A stretch of DNA of 64,000 bases, taken from positions 171,244,001 to 171,308,000 of the forward strand of contig NC_083243.1 of assembly GCF_032191835.1 (NCBI RefSeq). Reading direction: 5' to 3'. Source of the DNA: Heteronotia binoei. Lineage: Eukaryota. A model generated the notes under the pieces. The model worked only from the letters and a program-made list of their open reading frames with translations, did not search any database and was not told where the DNA came from. Every line of letters starts with the position of its first letter. The stretch's first letter is position 1. Made by a program: the position numbers and the translations under genes. This document shows, piece by piece, positions 49,414-60,680 of this stretch.

Positions 49414-49890
49414 AATGTGGTTGTGTCCACCGTTTATTGAATCTCAATCATCTTGATGAGGTCACTGTATTGTCTGGGTGGCAGTTTATCTATGACTTCA
49501 AGAAGAAAACAGTTGATAGTAGCACTTCTTGACTGTTAGGTATGATCCTGTCACATTCCAGGCTGATAAATTCTTATTTTCCTATTTTAAGAATTTTACA
49601 TGTCCCTTGTGATTGCCATCTTTTGGGTGCTGATGAAATAATCTTCATTCAATTTCTTCATGAATTACTGCCAAAATAAATTTAGAAATATTATTTATCT
49701 TTTTCAGGAATATGAAGAACCGTATTGGTATGTGCATTATATTCTTATAATACCTGCAGGAACCTATACAATAGCTTAGGAGAGAGAGAGAAAGCTATCA
49801 AAGATTTCAGGTTTTCACGGCTGGTAACATCATTAGGGTTTGTAGAATCTTTCGGGCTCAAGTGCCGTGTTCTACTGGAGAAAGTTTTCC

Positions 49891-49934
49891 TTCCAGACGT
49901 TTCGTTCTCAGCTGCGGAGAACATCCTCAGTGGC
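49891..49934 (-). ncRNA. Minimal type I hammerhead ribozyme motif, intact core
   Basis: CCA-CUGAGGA-U-GUUCUC(CGCAGCU)GAGAAC-GAAACGUC-UGG: 6-bp stem II, palindromic ACGU stem III, GUC cleavage triplet and CCA/UGG stem I. Confidence 0.75.
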
Positions 49935-50316
49935 ATTGCAGCCAGAGCAGGCGCTCTGACCTTCTTGGCTGCTGTGCATTGAGTGGGGCCAGGGCTGCTG
50001 GAGAGCTGCTATTTCTAGGCTGGAGGGGGTGTGGTGAAAGGGCAATTGGTTTGTGGATGTGCCCATCTTCCATCTTCCTTATCTTCACACCCCTTCCAAC
50101 CCTCCCAGCAATTAACACAGAACAATGGTCACATTCAACAGCCAGTTTCCTTATCATTACCCTTCCAGGAAGCCCCACCAAACAATGGGCACATCCACAA
50201 ACCAATTGCCCTTTCACCACACCCCCTCCAGCCTAGAAATAGCAGCTCTCCAGCAGCCCTGGTCCCACTCAATGCACAGCAGCCAAGAAGGTCAGAGCGC
50301 CTGCTCCGGCTGCAAC

Positions 50317-50360
50317 GCCACTGAGGATGTTCTCCGCAGCTGAGAACGAAACATCTGGAA
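50317..50360 (+). ncRNA. Hammerhead motif, mutated copy
   Basis: Same as the left-arm copy except GAAACAUC, which breaks the ACGU palindrome. Confidence 0.6.
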
Positions 50361-52420
50361 GGAAAGCTTTCTCCAGTAGAACACGGCACTTGAGCCCGAA
50401 AGATTCTACAAACCCTAGAGAGAAAGCTATCTGTAAACTTTAGGGTGCAACAAATATGTGAGCAAAATTCTCCTAGTTCCTAACCTCTTCTACAACACAG
50501 TGATTTTCTGGGGTGCTATCAGTTTGGCAAACAAGTTATTGTATTCTGTCTTCGTCAAATAGAAAGATTGTTAGAAGGATATGCATCATACTGATATGCT
50601 CACAGAATGCAAATTGTCCACAGCTCTATTTTGACTGTACACTTAGTAGCAATCTTAGGTTTGCTTCTTCCTGACACAGGAAATGCCATTCACACAAGCC
50701 ATTTTGTTGCCAGCTGGACAGGAAGATGGTTTCACCTTCCACAGGAGGCCAAGAATTGTTTAGCCAATGGACACTATTGGCATTGTAATGAAGTGCAGGG
50801 GCACTATGGAATTAGTGCCAATCACAAAATGGTATATTTCTTTTGCAAAATCAACAAACACTTCAGAAAGCAAGAGTGCTTTAGTTTCTTCCTTCTACAG
50901 CTCCCTTTCCCCCTTCTTTCTAGTTGGGGCCAAACAAATACACTCTACAAAATGGTTCCTTTTACAAATCTGAGACTGGGTGGGGAGGGGGATTCATTTT
51001 GTTTGACATGGCATTGAATGTAGAATGAAGTGAAGCCTAACACCTCTTGGTACCTTTTCTATGCAGATGATGATATAGAAGGCTAGTGGAAGCACTGGAT
51101 GTATGTGGAACTATGCTTAAGTTGCCCATATTCTGGTAGACAGAGCAGACTGTATCAGGTGTAACCCGAACTAAAATTCTAAATGGTGTTCTACTAATGA
51201 TGCAGATGGTGCCATAAATAAACCTAGCTTAATTCACATTTTGGAGTCATGTCTTCATTTCACAGTACATGGGCAATGCATTCTCTGTCTTAACAAGAAC
51301 AAGTTGCTACTCTCAGTTCACAGGGACATATTCTGCCCCCAGATGCAAAATTTGCCTAATCTCCATGCAATATTAGTTGTAGAAATCAATTATATAAATT
51401 CCAACAGATATGTACATTGTCTTGTTTCAGAAAGGAACAACTTTTAGGCTGCTTTTCCATTGAAGTTAGTTCTTCACTGAGGTCAGCTTCTTAATAAGTT
51501 TTCTACTTTGCTTTTAATCTTACTCACTGAATATTTTCACTCAGGGGTTTCTGTCGGGGGTCCTTAGAGTATATAACATTGTATAAAGCACTTATGAACG
51601 CCATTGTTTTCCACAAATCAAACTTAGCCAAAGCTCTGCAATCTTTCACCTCATACCTTTTGATTTCTGAAAATATAATTTTTCAAGCAAAACATCCCAG
51701 TACTGGATACTAGGGTGTTTTTCAGACAAATAAACATTTACCTTAAGATTGGCCATACAAATGTAGTTGCAGTCCTAGAGGCATGGGAGGGAGTAAAGGT
51801 GAAGGGGAGGACAGACTAATCAGAGACCATGACTGGAGTGAAATAGGTCACAGGTCTTATTGGATACAACCACAGGAGCACTGGTGTAGCATGGGACACA
51901 GATCCAACATCAGGCAACCTGCCTATCAAACTATGATACCCACTTTCTGTTACCATATGTGCTTACTTCTAACTCAAGTTTGGGATACTCACCCAGCACC
52001 ACAACTTATCTGAAGGAATTAAATTCAGTGTTGGGGAAACCTCTTCCACAGCCTGGCTAGCCTGGAAAACTGACATTCTAGACAATTAAGAGGATCAGAA
52101 CATGTGGTTTAGAGATCTTTATCTGGATAATGTGCAGGCATCCTCAAAATACTTTTAATAGACTACCACTAACCATGAAACAACCCGATCTTTTCCAAAG
52201 CAAGGCTTAGAATTTATTGGGAGACTTTAGGGGTACAGGAATTGAAAACATACTCAAGCAGAAGAACTGTGAAATTGTTGTGTTCAAAAGGGCATGCATA
52301 TGAAGAGATGAGAGGAGAGAAAGAGAAATGGCCAGAGAGTGGCCATGAGTAACAGTAGGAGGGTTTAAAGAAGGGAGAAAGAGTTTTTAAGAAAAAAAGA
52401 GGTGAACAGAGCTGTTTACC

Positions 52421-52618
52421 CAGGGCTTTTTTGAGCAGGAACGCACAGGAACGCAGTTCCGGCTGGCTTGGTGTCGGGGGTGTAGCCTAATATGCAAATG
52501 AGTTCCTGCTTGGTTTTTTCTGCAAAAAAGCCCTGTGTGAAACAATGGTTATGTCAGGGGGTGTGGCCTAATTTGCAAATGAATTCCTGCTGGGCTTTTT
52601 CTACAAAAAAAAGCCCTG
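52421..52618. mobile_element. hAT MITE (CAGGGCTTTT family) with a duplicated right end
   Basis: One left TIR and two right TIRs; no TSD. Confidence 0.75.
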
Positions 52619-53479
52619 GCCTATCATCTGTCTTTGAACTGGGTAAAGTATGTTGATTCAGTGCAAGAGATCTTTAGGCAAAACTTCCAAAGCCCCCAAG
52701 AAAATAGCAAGAAGGTTTTCTGGTTCAAGAAGAACAAAAGTGAAGTCAACAGCCTCTGAGCCTGCAGAGGGCTGAGACTGCACAATTCTGACTGCCAGAA
52801 CAGCCAATGTTATATAGGAGCCAGCACAAAATAATATAAAAGAAATTATTGTAAAGTCCAAGAATCCAGGACTTCTGTTTACAATATCTTTATCTACATG
52901 GAAGGCATAATTTTGAAAAATGCAAAATGTAAACCTCGCCTGTACTAACTTTAGACCAAAAACATTAGTTGTTCAGGTTACCTGTAAATTTATTTCTTCA
53001 TGATATGACTCCGTTCTTTCAAACTGCCTCTGACACACACATATTTATACATACATTTAGATCCCTCAGCAAGCTGCTTCCAATGGAGTCTGCAACAATT
53101 CAGCTCTACTGAGAGATACCAAAATTAGCTGGCAAAATAAGCAATAGGTGTTCAATTGAGGGGGGGAAAGAAGCCAGCTTATTAGCGCTGTGCATTGTTT
53201 AATGAGGTGCTGTGTGTACTCTATACTATTTGTCAAATCAGGGCTGGCCCAAGGGTTTTTGGTGTCCCAGGTGATGGTTCCTGGTCCCCACACAGCTGGA
53301 AAGTCACCCCCATCATGCCACCCTCTTTCTCCACTATGTGGTAATGATGTCCAGGGCTGCCATGCTCACTTGCTCACAGATAGGTGCTGTGCTGGGGAAG
53401 TCAAACAGTTCAGCTGCATTGGAACCAGTAGAACGGCCTCAGGGGTTGACTGGGAGAGAAATGGAACAAAGCAGTAGAC

Positions 53480-54510
53480 AAGTGCACCTTTAAGACCAAC
53501 TAAGTTTTATTTAGAATGTCAGCTTTCGTATGCTCTTAAGCAGACTTCATCAGACAAAATGGGAATGGCAAGCAGCGATACTTAATATAAGTGGTCAGTG
53601 TGGAGTCATGGGAATGTTTTTAGCAGATTAAAAGAGTCACCAATAGGGATCTGTGTTTGTTAGTGTTAGGACAAAACAGGGTTAAAAAAAATTGGAGTGA
53701 TAAAAAGCAGACTGCTGTCGTAGGTGTGGGTGCCATAAATCTAGGTAACATTCTGGCTTTGTTAGTTTAAACAAGAGGACATGGTTTCTCAAGAGATTAT
53801 AACATCCATATAGTTTGCCATAAAATGGATTGGTATATGCAATAAGACAAACAGCCAATATCCCCCATTTGAGTATGTCAATACAAAAAGACAACCCCCC
53901 CCCCAAATATTCTGATACACTGTTCTAAAAGAGAAATAATATAAGTTATCCCTTAGAAAAACAGGGTGCATTAAAGTATAATGGAAGGTGGTTTAGTATA
54001 TATAATGAGACAAATAGCTCACATCCCTCATTTGAGCATGTCAACACACACAAAAACCATTATTCTGATACACTGTTCTAAAAGAGAAATAGATTGGAAC
54101 ACTGTGGATGCACAGCTATACTCAGTGAGAGTTGATTTAGCATATGTAATGAGATAAAAAACCAATATCCCTGTTCAGTCCTGGGGAGGTGTTTGTTCCA
54201 AGTTTCACGATAAGTTGTAATTCAGCGATTTCACTCTCCATTCTGTTCTTGAAGTTCCTTTGCAGTAAAACAGCTACTTTGAGGATACCCATTGAATGCT
54301 CAGAAAGGTTAAAGCGTTCCCCCACAGGTTTCTCAGTTCTGAAATTCCTGATGTCAGATTTGTGTCCATTTATCCTTTGGCGTAGGGTTTGTCCTGTTTG
54401 CCCTATGTAGAGAACTGAGGGGCATTGTTGGCATTTAATGATGGTCACAAATCTGACATCAGGGATTACAGAACTGAGAAACCTGTTGGAGAACACTTTA
54501 ACCTTCCTGA
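53480..54510 (-). mobile_element. Penelope-like retroelement 3' part with GIY-YIG endonuclease
   Basis: IKCQQCPSVLYIGQTGQTLRQRINGHKSDIRN...ELQLIVKLGT...GLNRDIGFLSHY (54137-54436); terminal repeat at 53480-53560; inverted duplicate at 54437-54510. Confidence 0.9.
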
Positions 54511-54722
54511 GCTAACATTAAATCTAGGCGTGGGGGTGGCCGTGGTGGGCCAAAAAGCCTGTCTGACTGCACCCTTTCTCTTTTCTAAAGGTTTTCTTAA
54601 TCTAATATCTGAAAAAAAAATCAAAACTTAATAAAAATATAAATTAAATATATAACACATTTTATAACACATGATTTAATAGATACAATCCATTGTTTTC
54701 CACAAACCAAATTGAAGATATA

Positions 54723-54903
54723 CCGTATTTTTTGCACTATAAGACTCACTTTCCCCCCCAAAAAAAGTGGAGGGAAAAGTGTGTGCGTCTTAAGGAGCGA
54801 ATACTGCAAAAAATTCACACAAATGCCTCTAAATTCACACAAACAGCTCTAAAAACTAGGTGCGTCTTATGCTCAGGTGCGTCTTATGGAGCGAAAAATA
54901 CGG
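54723..54903. mobile_element. Tigger/pogo-type MITE
   Basis: TA|CCGTATTTTT...AAAAATACGG|TA: TIRs with a TA TSD. Confidence 0.85.
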
Positions 54904-55014
54904 TAATTTTTCAAGTGAAAGTCTACAGCACTATTGGATATTAGGATCTCTTTCAGACATTTTCCATCAGGTTGCCCAAACCATGTGGTTACGTAGTTCA
55001 GAACACTTGACAGG

Positions 55015-56006
55015 GAAGAGGGCAGTTAACCAAGCCCCCCAGAAATCTGTAGGCAGTTTGGGTACCTGAGTGGGAGAGGAGAGAGGATACCACCCCCCCC
55101 CCCCGGCAGTGACTCAAGGAACGCAGGAAGAAACGAGGTGATTTTTGAAGGAGCAGAAAGGGGACCCCACAGCCAAGAAAGAGGGCAGTTAGCCAAGCCC
55201 CCCAGAAATCTGTAGGTAGTTTGGGTGCCTGAGTGAAAGAGGAGAGAGGATACCCCCCCAGGCAGAGTCTCAAGCAACTCAGGAAGAAACAGGGTGCTTT
55301 TTGAAGGAGCAGAAAGGGGACCCCACAGCCAACATGCAGAGAAAAGGCAGTTTTCAGAACCCACAAAAGTGAACAGTCCACCCTCAAATCAAAAACATGT
55401 TTTAAAAGAAAAATATCTATTCATGTTTCCCACTCCTCACAGCAAAGAAAAAGGAGGGGCGGGGCAGGAAGAAATGTAGCTCTGAATGCAAGGAAAGGAG
55501 GAAAAAGAGAGAGGTGATGCTTTTACCCTGGCAGTTTGTATAGAGGCCAGGCAATTCAACAGGTTTCTCCACCCACCCCAGTAATTCCCCCCCCCCCCCA
55601 GAAGGAAAGATATTCTTTCACATGCAAGGAGAACAAGACTTGCAAAAAACAGATGCAAACAGAGGACAGGAATGCACCTCCAGTGATTATATACATTTCC
55701 GCCCCGCCCCCCATCCTGAGGAAGTCAGATCAATGCCTGTCATTGGAAATCAGACTTGCCTGTCAGCTTCAGACTGTCACTATTGGTCCCTCGATGGCTG
55801 GAAATATCCCACCCATACTCACTTTTCAGCGCAAAACTCCAAGGGTGGAGTTTCTTTGCAAGAGTGCACAAGAGGTTCCAAAACGGGCAGAAAGTTCAGA
55901 GACATCCTGGTCCGAACGTGACTTTCGAACCGAACTGTCTGAACCTCAAACAAGGTAAAGTCCAGGCCAGATTTTAGTTCAGTGTTCGGGTCTGTGCCCA
56001 TCCCTA
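55015..56006 (-). mobile_element. Truncated hAT-like element (TAGGGATGGGCAC terminus) with an internal tandem duplication of about 160 bp
   Basis: gtgcccatcccta ends at 56006; duplicated blocks at about 55015-55174 and 55177-55332. Confidence 0.5.
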
Positions 56007-56651
56007 ACAGTTACCTATAAAAGCAGGAATGGATTTGAAAGAACAAGAGAATGGGCTTAATATGGTCTCTGCAAATAGAACAAGTGCAGTTCCCGGAATC
56101 CTTCTTGGGGGCCAATACCCCACCCTGAGGTCCCTTCCTCCTCTGGCCAGTGTGGGTACTTATTGGCAGCAAATGGAGGCCTAAACCAGCATCAATGGCA
56201 ACATAATGATTTCACTTCTGACAGGAACTAAAAGTGACATCATCGTGTCACTAGTGAAGAAGGGAAGTTTTGGTATTTGATCAAAAATGGTAAACTTGAC
56301 TTATATCATAGAGGTTTTGCCCAAATACCAGAGCATCCATGTGTTGCTTGCCTAGGTCTCTGCTGGTTGCCAGGGGGGTACCTGTTTGAATACGGGGCAC
56401 ACTGGGGAAAGTGGTGGGGGCTGTGGGGCCAAAAATGACATTGCAAAAGTTTTAAAATGCTTCATATAGCAGAAGGCTTTCTCTTTCAGCAAGCAAAGCA
56501 AATTTGAATAAGCTGAGACCAGGACAGTGCCTGGCACCAGCATGAGAACATCCGTCTGTGCACCTTTTGCCCCACAGATGGTTATTTGGGAGTAGCCACA
56601 ACACTTCCAAGAGCCTCATGGCTCAGAGTATTAAAGCTGCAGTACTGCAGT

Positions 56652-56825
56652 CCTTCCGAGGTCAGTAAAATGAGTACCCAGCTTGCTGGGGGGAAAGTGT
56701 AGATGACTGGGGAAGGCAATGGCAAACCACCCCGTAAAAAGTCTGCCGTGAAAATGTTGTCAAAGCAACGTCACCTTAGAGTCGAAAACGACTGGTGCTT
56801 GCACAGGGGACTACCTTTACCTTTT
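56652..56825 (+). mobile_element. Sauria (Squam1) SINE, 5'-truncated
   Basis: ccttccgaggtcagtaaaatgagtacccagcttgctggggg...ggcaatggcaaaccacc...acctttacctttt. Confidence 0.8.
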
Positions 56826-58062
56826 CACAACACTTCCACATATCCCCCCCCCCATCTTAACATTTCCCTCCCCAGTTTTCCTGCTGTCTCCTTTGTGAGA
56901 GCTCTCTGGGCTTGTGTCTCCCCCTTGCTCCCTGCACCTGTTGCACGGGCAAAGGGAGAGGAAGGGGGACTTATTCCAAAGGAGAGCAGCCAGTTCTTGG
57001 TCTACTTACCATCAATTGCCATGATCTTCCAGGTGGGCCATACCAAGTGGAACACATGTAGGAGGCACACTGACAGGTAGATCCTGGAAGAAAAAGTGGC
57101 TGAAGGAGGGAAGGAAGGAACCAGGGGGAGGAGGGAGTCGTATAAGCAACAGGCAAGAGAGGGGTGTAGGATAGGGTCAAGTGCGCCAGAGCTAGAAAGT
57201 GGTGTATGACTCCTCTCTCCCCTCCCCCATAGTCCAGCTCTGCATATCCAGATTCAAAAGTGCACTGGCTGTGTTGGAGTTCAGCACCAGTTCCCCTAGA
57301 CTAATGAACATTTCTGCACCTGGCCTGCCACCAGTGTACACTGGCCATTCCCTGCCCTTTCATGGATGCTTGAGTTGCCCCACACAAGCCAGGCTTGGGA
57401 CCCCTGGCCCCCTCTAGTTGCTTGACTCACTCTCTGGGGCCCAAACTCACCCTGCTTGCCCACCCCTGCCCAGAGGGACAGTACAAGCTGAGCCCAGGCA
57501 GAAGTGTTCGGAGGGGGGGCGGGGCTGAGAGCTCAGTGTTCATACTGGGTCCAAGGAGGAACATGGACACCAGGCTGGTACTTGCTCAACCCACCGGGAC
57601 TTGGGAAGTTGGAGGTCCCTTATGTTGGAGTTCAAGTGGTGAGGCCGAGACCCTGGGGCCCCCACTGTAACTATGGACCTGGCCCCAGTACTCAAAGAGA
57701 AAATAATAAAACGGCGGGGACTTAACCCCCCCCCAAATTGAATCAAGAACCAAAAAGGTAAGTTCAAAGCCAACAAAAGAGCAAATCGCTAAAAACATAC
57801 ATATCTTAAATGTAATCAAAATTACATGGACATGTCCCCTGTCACAGCGGGGCCGGGGCATCAAAGAAAGGTGTATTATTCAACATAACCCAAGCCCACA
57901 AATAGCACCCAAAATGAATTGCAAATATGGTGCCATTTGGTTAACAAACAGTCGCCCAAATCCCATGATTTTTTGTCTTCCATAGCAAACAATATTCCTA
58001 AAATAGCAAAATCTAAAAAAAAGTATTTATAAAGGAAACCCAAACCAGTACAGCACTCCTGA

Positions 58063-58203
58063 AATTCCCAGGTTTCCAATCACAGTGATAACATAGATAA
58101 GAAGGAACACAACAAAGAGAGAGATTTGCAGGTCTGGATTGTCAGAGATTCTCAAAAGAATGAACTCCTTGATAGTAGTCTTGCTGTGATTGTTATCTGC
58201 CAT
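58063..58203 (-). pseudogene. Truncated OR pseudogene (first 47 codons), paralog of the OR8U-like gene
   Basis: [47 protein letters not shown] versus [47 protein letters not shown]. Confidence 0.9.
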
Positions 58204-58597
58204 TTATGGCATCTCTTGTCATGCACTTGAGATGATTTAGTCTGGAGGGCCAGTCATCTACCTGACTCAAGAGTAATACTTTTTTTAGTGTTACTGGTAC
58301 TTTAGGTAGACTCACATGATTATTAATGGTGGTCACTTTAAGAGTCATTATTGTTTCTTGTAACTGAAATTGTTGTTTGGTTTTGATGAGTGGTTGTGCG
58401 GGTTTTTTTGTTTGTTTGTTTCAATGTATAGCTCCTTACACTTTCTAGTAATGGACTTCACATTGTTGCCTACTCACTCAATTTGTGAAAATTCTCCTGG
58501 AGCTCTTTGCAGTCATCTGTAGTTTTCACCATCCTGTCTGTTTTGTCTGACAAATGGACACAGAATGTATTTGCTACGATTTTAAAATGTGAATGTA

Positions 58598-58931
58598 TGA
58601 ACATATATGAACATATGAAGCCCTTTTTTTTTAGTTGGAGATGCCAGGGATTGAACCTGGAACCTTCTGTTTACCAAGCAGATGCTCTACCACTTAGCCA
58701 CCATCCCTCCCTAAAGGGTTTTTATAATTGTCTGCATTCGGATCAATAGCTTACATTTGAACATATGAAGCTGCCTTATACTGTATCAGACCCTTGGTCC
58801 ATCAAAGTCTGTATTGTCTACTCAGACTGGCAGCAGCTCTCCAGGGTCTCAAGCTGAGGTTTTTCACACCTATTTGCCTGGACCCTTTTTTTAAAGTTGG
58901 AGATGCCAGGGATTGAACCTGGGACCTTCTG
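58598..58931 (-). mobile_element. Two adjacent tRNA-derived SINE pieces with CR1-like tail
   Basis: B box ggttcaatccc; tail gagtagacaatacagactttgatggaccaagggtctgatacagtataaggcagcttcatatgttc. Confidence 0.8.
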
Positions 58932-60099
58932 TGTGTGCAGTCCATCTTCTGAGAGTTTTGCCCACTCCCTGGCCTCTGCTAGGGCACTTAGAGAAGGAAT
59001 TACTGTTGTGCCAGTGGCTGGCTGCCTTCATCTCTGGGCCCTTGAGAATTCCACTGCCATTTATTTAGACATTTATACCCTGGTTTGTTCCCAACAGAGA
59101 CCCAAAATGGCTTACAACCTCATTTTCCCTTCTTCCATTTTACCTCACAACACCAAATCTGTGGTATAGGGTATGCTGACATATAAATTATGCTAGTCAT
59201 CCTGTGATATAGGTTATGCTGGTCATCTAGTGAGCTTCCACGGCAGATCTTCTACGGCTCAAATCTGAGTCTCAGATCCAACAAACAAACAGACACATGG
59301 TCTTAAATTCCAGTGGGTTGTATTTTAATTATGGCTTTTTGATGATCCATAAATAATTACAGCTTGGATGTTTATAAAGTGGGGAGTATCTTTGATAGTT
59401 TCTTGGGGCATTATTAAAGATTGCCTGAATGTACATTTTCATTTATGATGAACAGTATCTAAATATATGCCAATGATATACAACTATTTAAAGATGCCTA
59501 TCATTGCAGACTTAATTCTTCCATAGCAACACAGGCAATAATATCAAAAGAACACTTAGAAGGTCCCAGAGGAAATAACAACATGAATAAATACACCATG
59601 AATACCTCACTTGTAAAATATTCTTCTGAGGCATCTGGTGCTCCATTTGACTGGTACATTCACTAATTTGGTGTTGCAGAGACAACTAGCAGAAGCCAAT
59701 TGACTTGACCTGTATTTATTTCTTACGATCAGTGTAACAAGTTGGTAATAAAGAAAAACTATTATGAGATCTTCCAGGCACAGGGCTGAACATAGCCTAA
59801 GCTGTTCATTTCCTTGAACATTCATTATAAGGACATCTTAGACAGAGGAAAGTCATGCTATTTTGAATGAGATTTTTCAGCAAAACATTTCAAACTGAAA
59901 AAGTAAGTGTTTAGATGTTAATGTGTGTCTTTGAAATTCAACATCTTGCTTGAACACTGCAATGTGTCAGTGTTATTTCTTGTGAAATTTTTAAGTGTGG
60001 ATGCAATTATTTTAAGTGGTAGGAAATTCCACAGTCAGATAGCAGATTTTCCCCTAAGAAGGAACATGAGGGTTATACATTGAGAACAGTGTCTAAACA

Positions 60100-60379
60100 G
60101 AGAGCCTGTTTGGTTTCGTGGTTAAGTGTGCAGACTCTTATCTGGGAGAACTGTGTTTGATTCCCCACTTCTCTACTTGCAGCTGCTCGAATGGCCTTGG
60201 GTTAACCATAGCAAGAGTTGTCCTTGAAAGGGCAGCTTCTGTGAGAGCTCTCTCAGCCCACATACCTCATAGGGTGTCTGTCTGTTGTGGGGGAAGAAGA
60301 AAAAGGTGACTGTAAGCTGCTCTGAGTCTCTGATTCAGAGAGAAGGGTGGGGTATAAATCTGCTGTATTCTTCTTCTTC
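60100..60379 (+). mobile_element. Squam3-type SINE, full length
   Basis: tRNA-like head with A and B boxes, typical body and (TTC)n tail. Confidence 0.88.
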
Positions 60380-60634
60380 AAAATGATAACTAGGAAACTG
60401 TATCTAGGTAGTCACAAAAGTCTTGTGTTCTTTAGTTTGTGGCATGATAGTAAATTGAAATTGAATATCTGTTGCAACGCTGCGATGTGAGTTAATGAAA
60501 GTCTCCTTCCCATAATATTTGTGCTTCTCTGAGACTACAATCTCAAATCATATACAGAATAGAAATTATTTATGCTGCTTTATGCTCTTGGATGTAACAT
60601 TCAACTTACACATCTCTCAGTATGTAGTATTGAT

Positions 60635-60667
60635 TTTTTCCCCTTTTTTATCTTTTGTTCCCTACAG
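60635..60667 (+). promoter_or_regulatory. Likely 3' splice acceptor ahead of the OR coding exon
   Basis: ttttttccccttttttatcttttgttccctacAG ends 13 nt before the ATG at 60681. Confidence 0.7.
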
Positions 60668-60680
60668 ATAGGTCAGATTG

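Larger units (their letters stand above)
49800..50417. mobile_element. Penelope-like non-autonomous fold-back element
   Basis: Inverted arms of about 235 bp (49834-50066 and 50185-50417); TSD GAGAGAAAGCTATC at 49786-49799 and 50418-50431. Confidence 0.85.

Noticed and set aside
49725-50389. Pairs of near-identical ORFs on opposite strands
   Set aside because: Produced by the inverted arms of the Penelope-type element; no protein motifs.
51783-52013. 76-aa ATG ORF in apparently unique sequence
   Set aside because: No recognisable domain or splice context.
60100-60175. tRNA gene
   Set aside because: This is a tRNA-derived SINE head followed by a SINE body, as are the other copies.
60678-60680. 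ORF-track start for the fourth OR
   Set aside because: It is TTG; the in-frame ATG follows at 60681.
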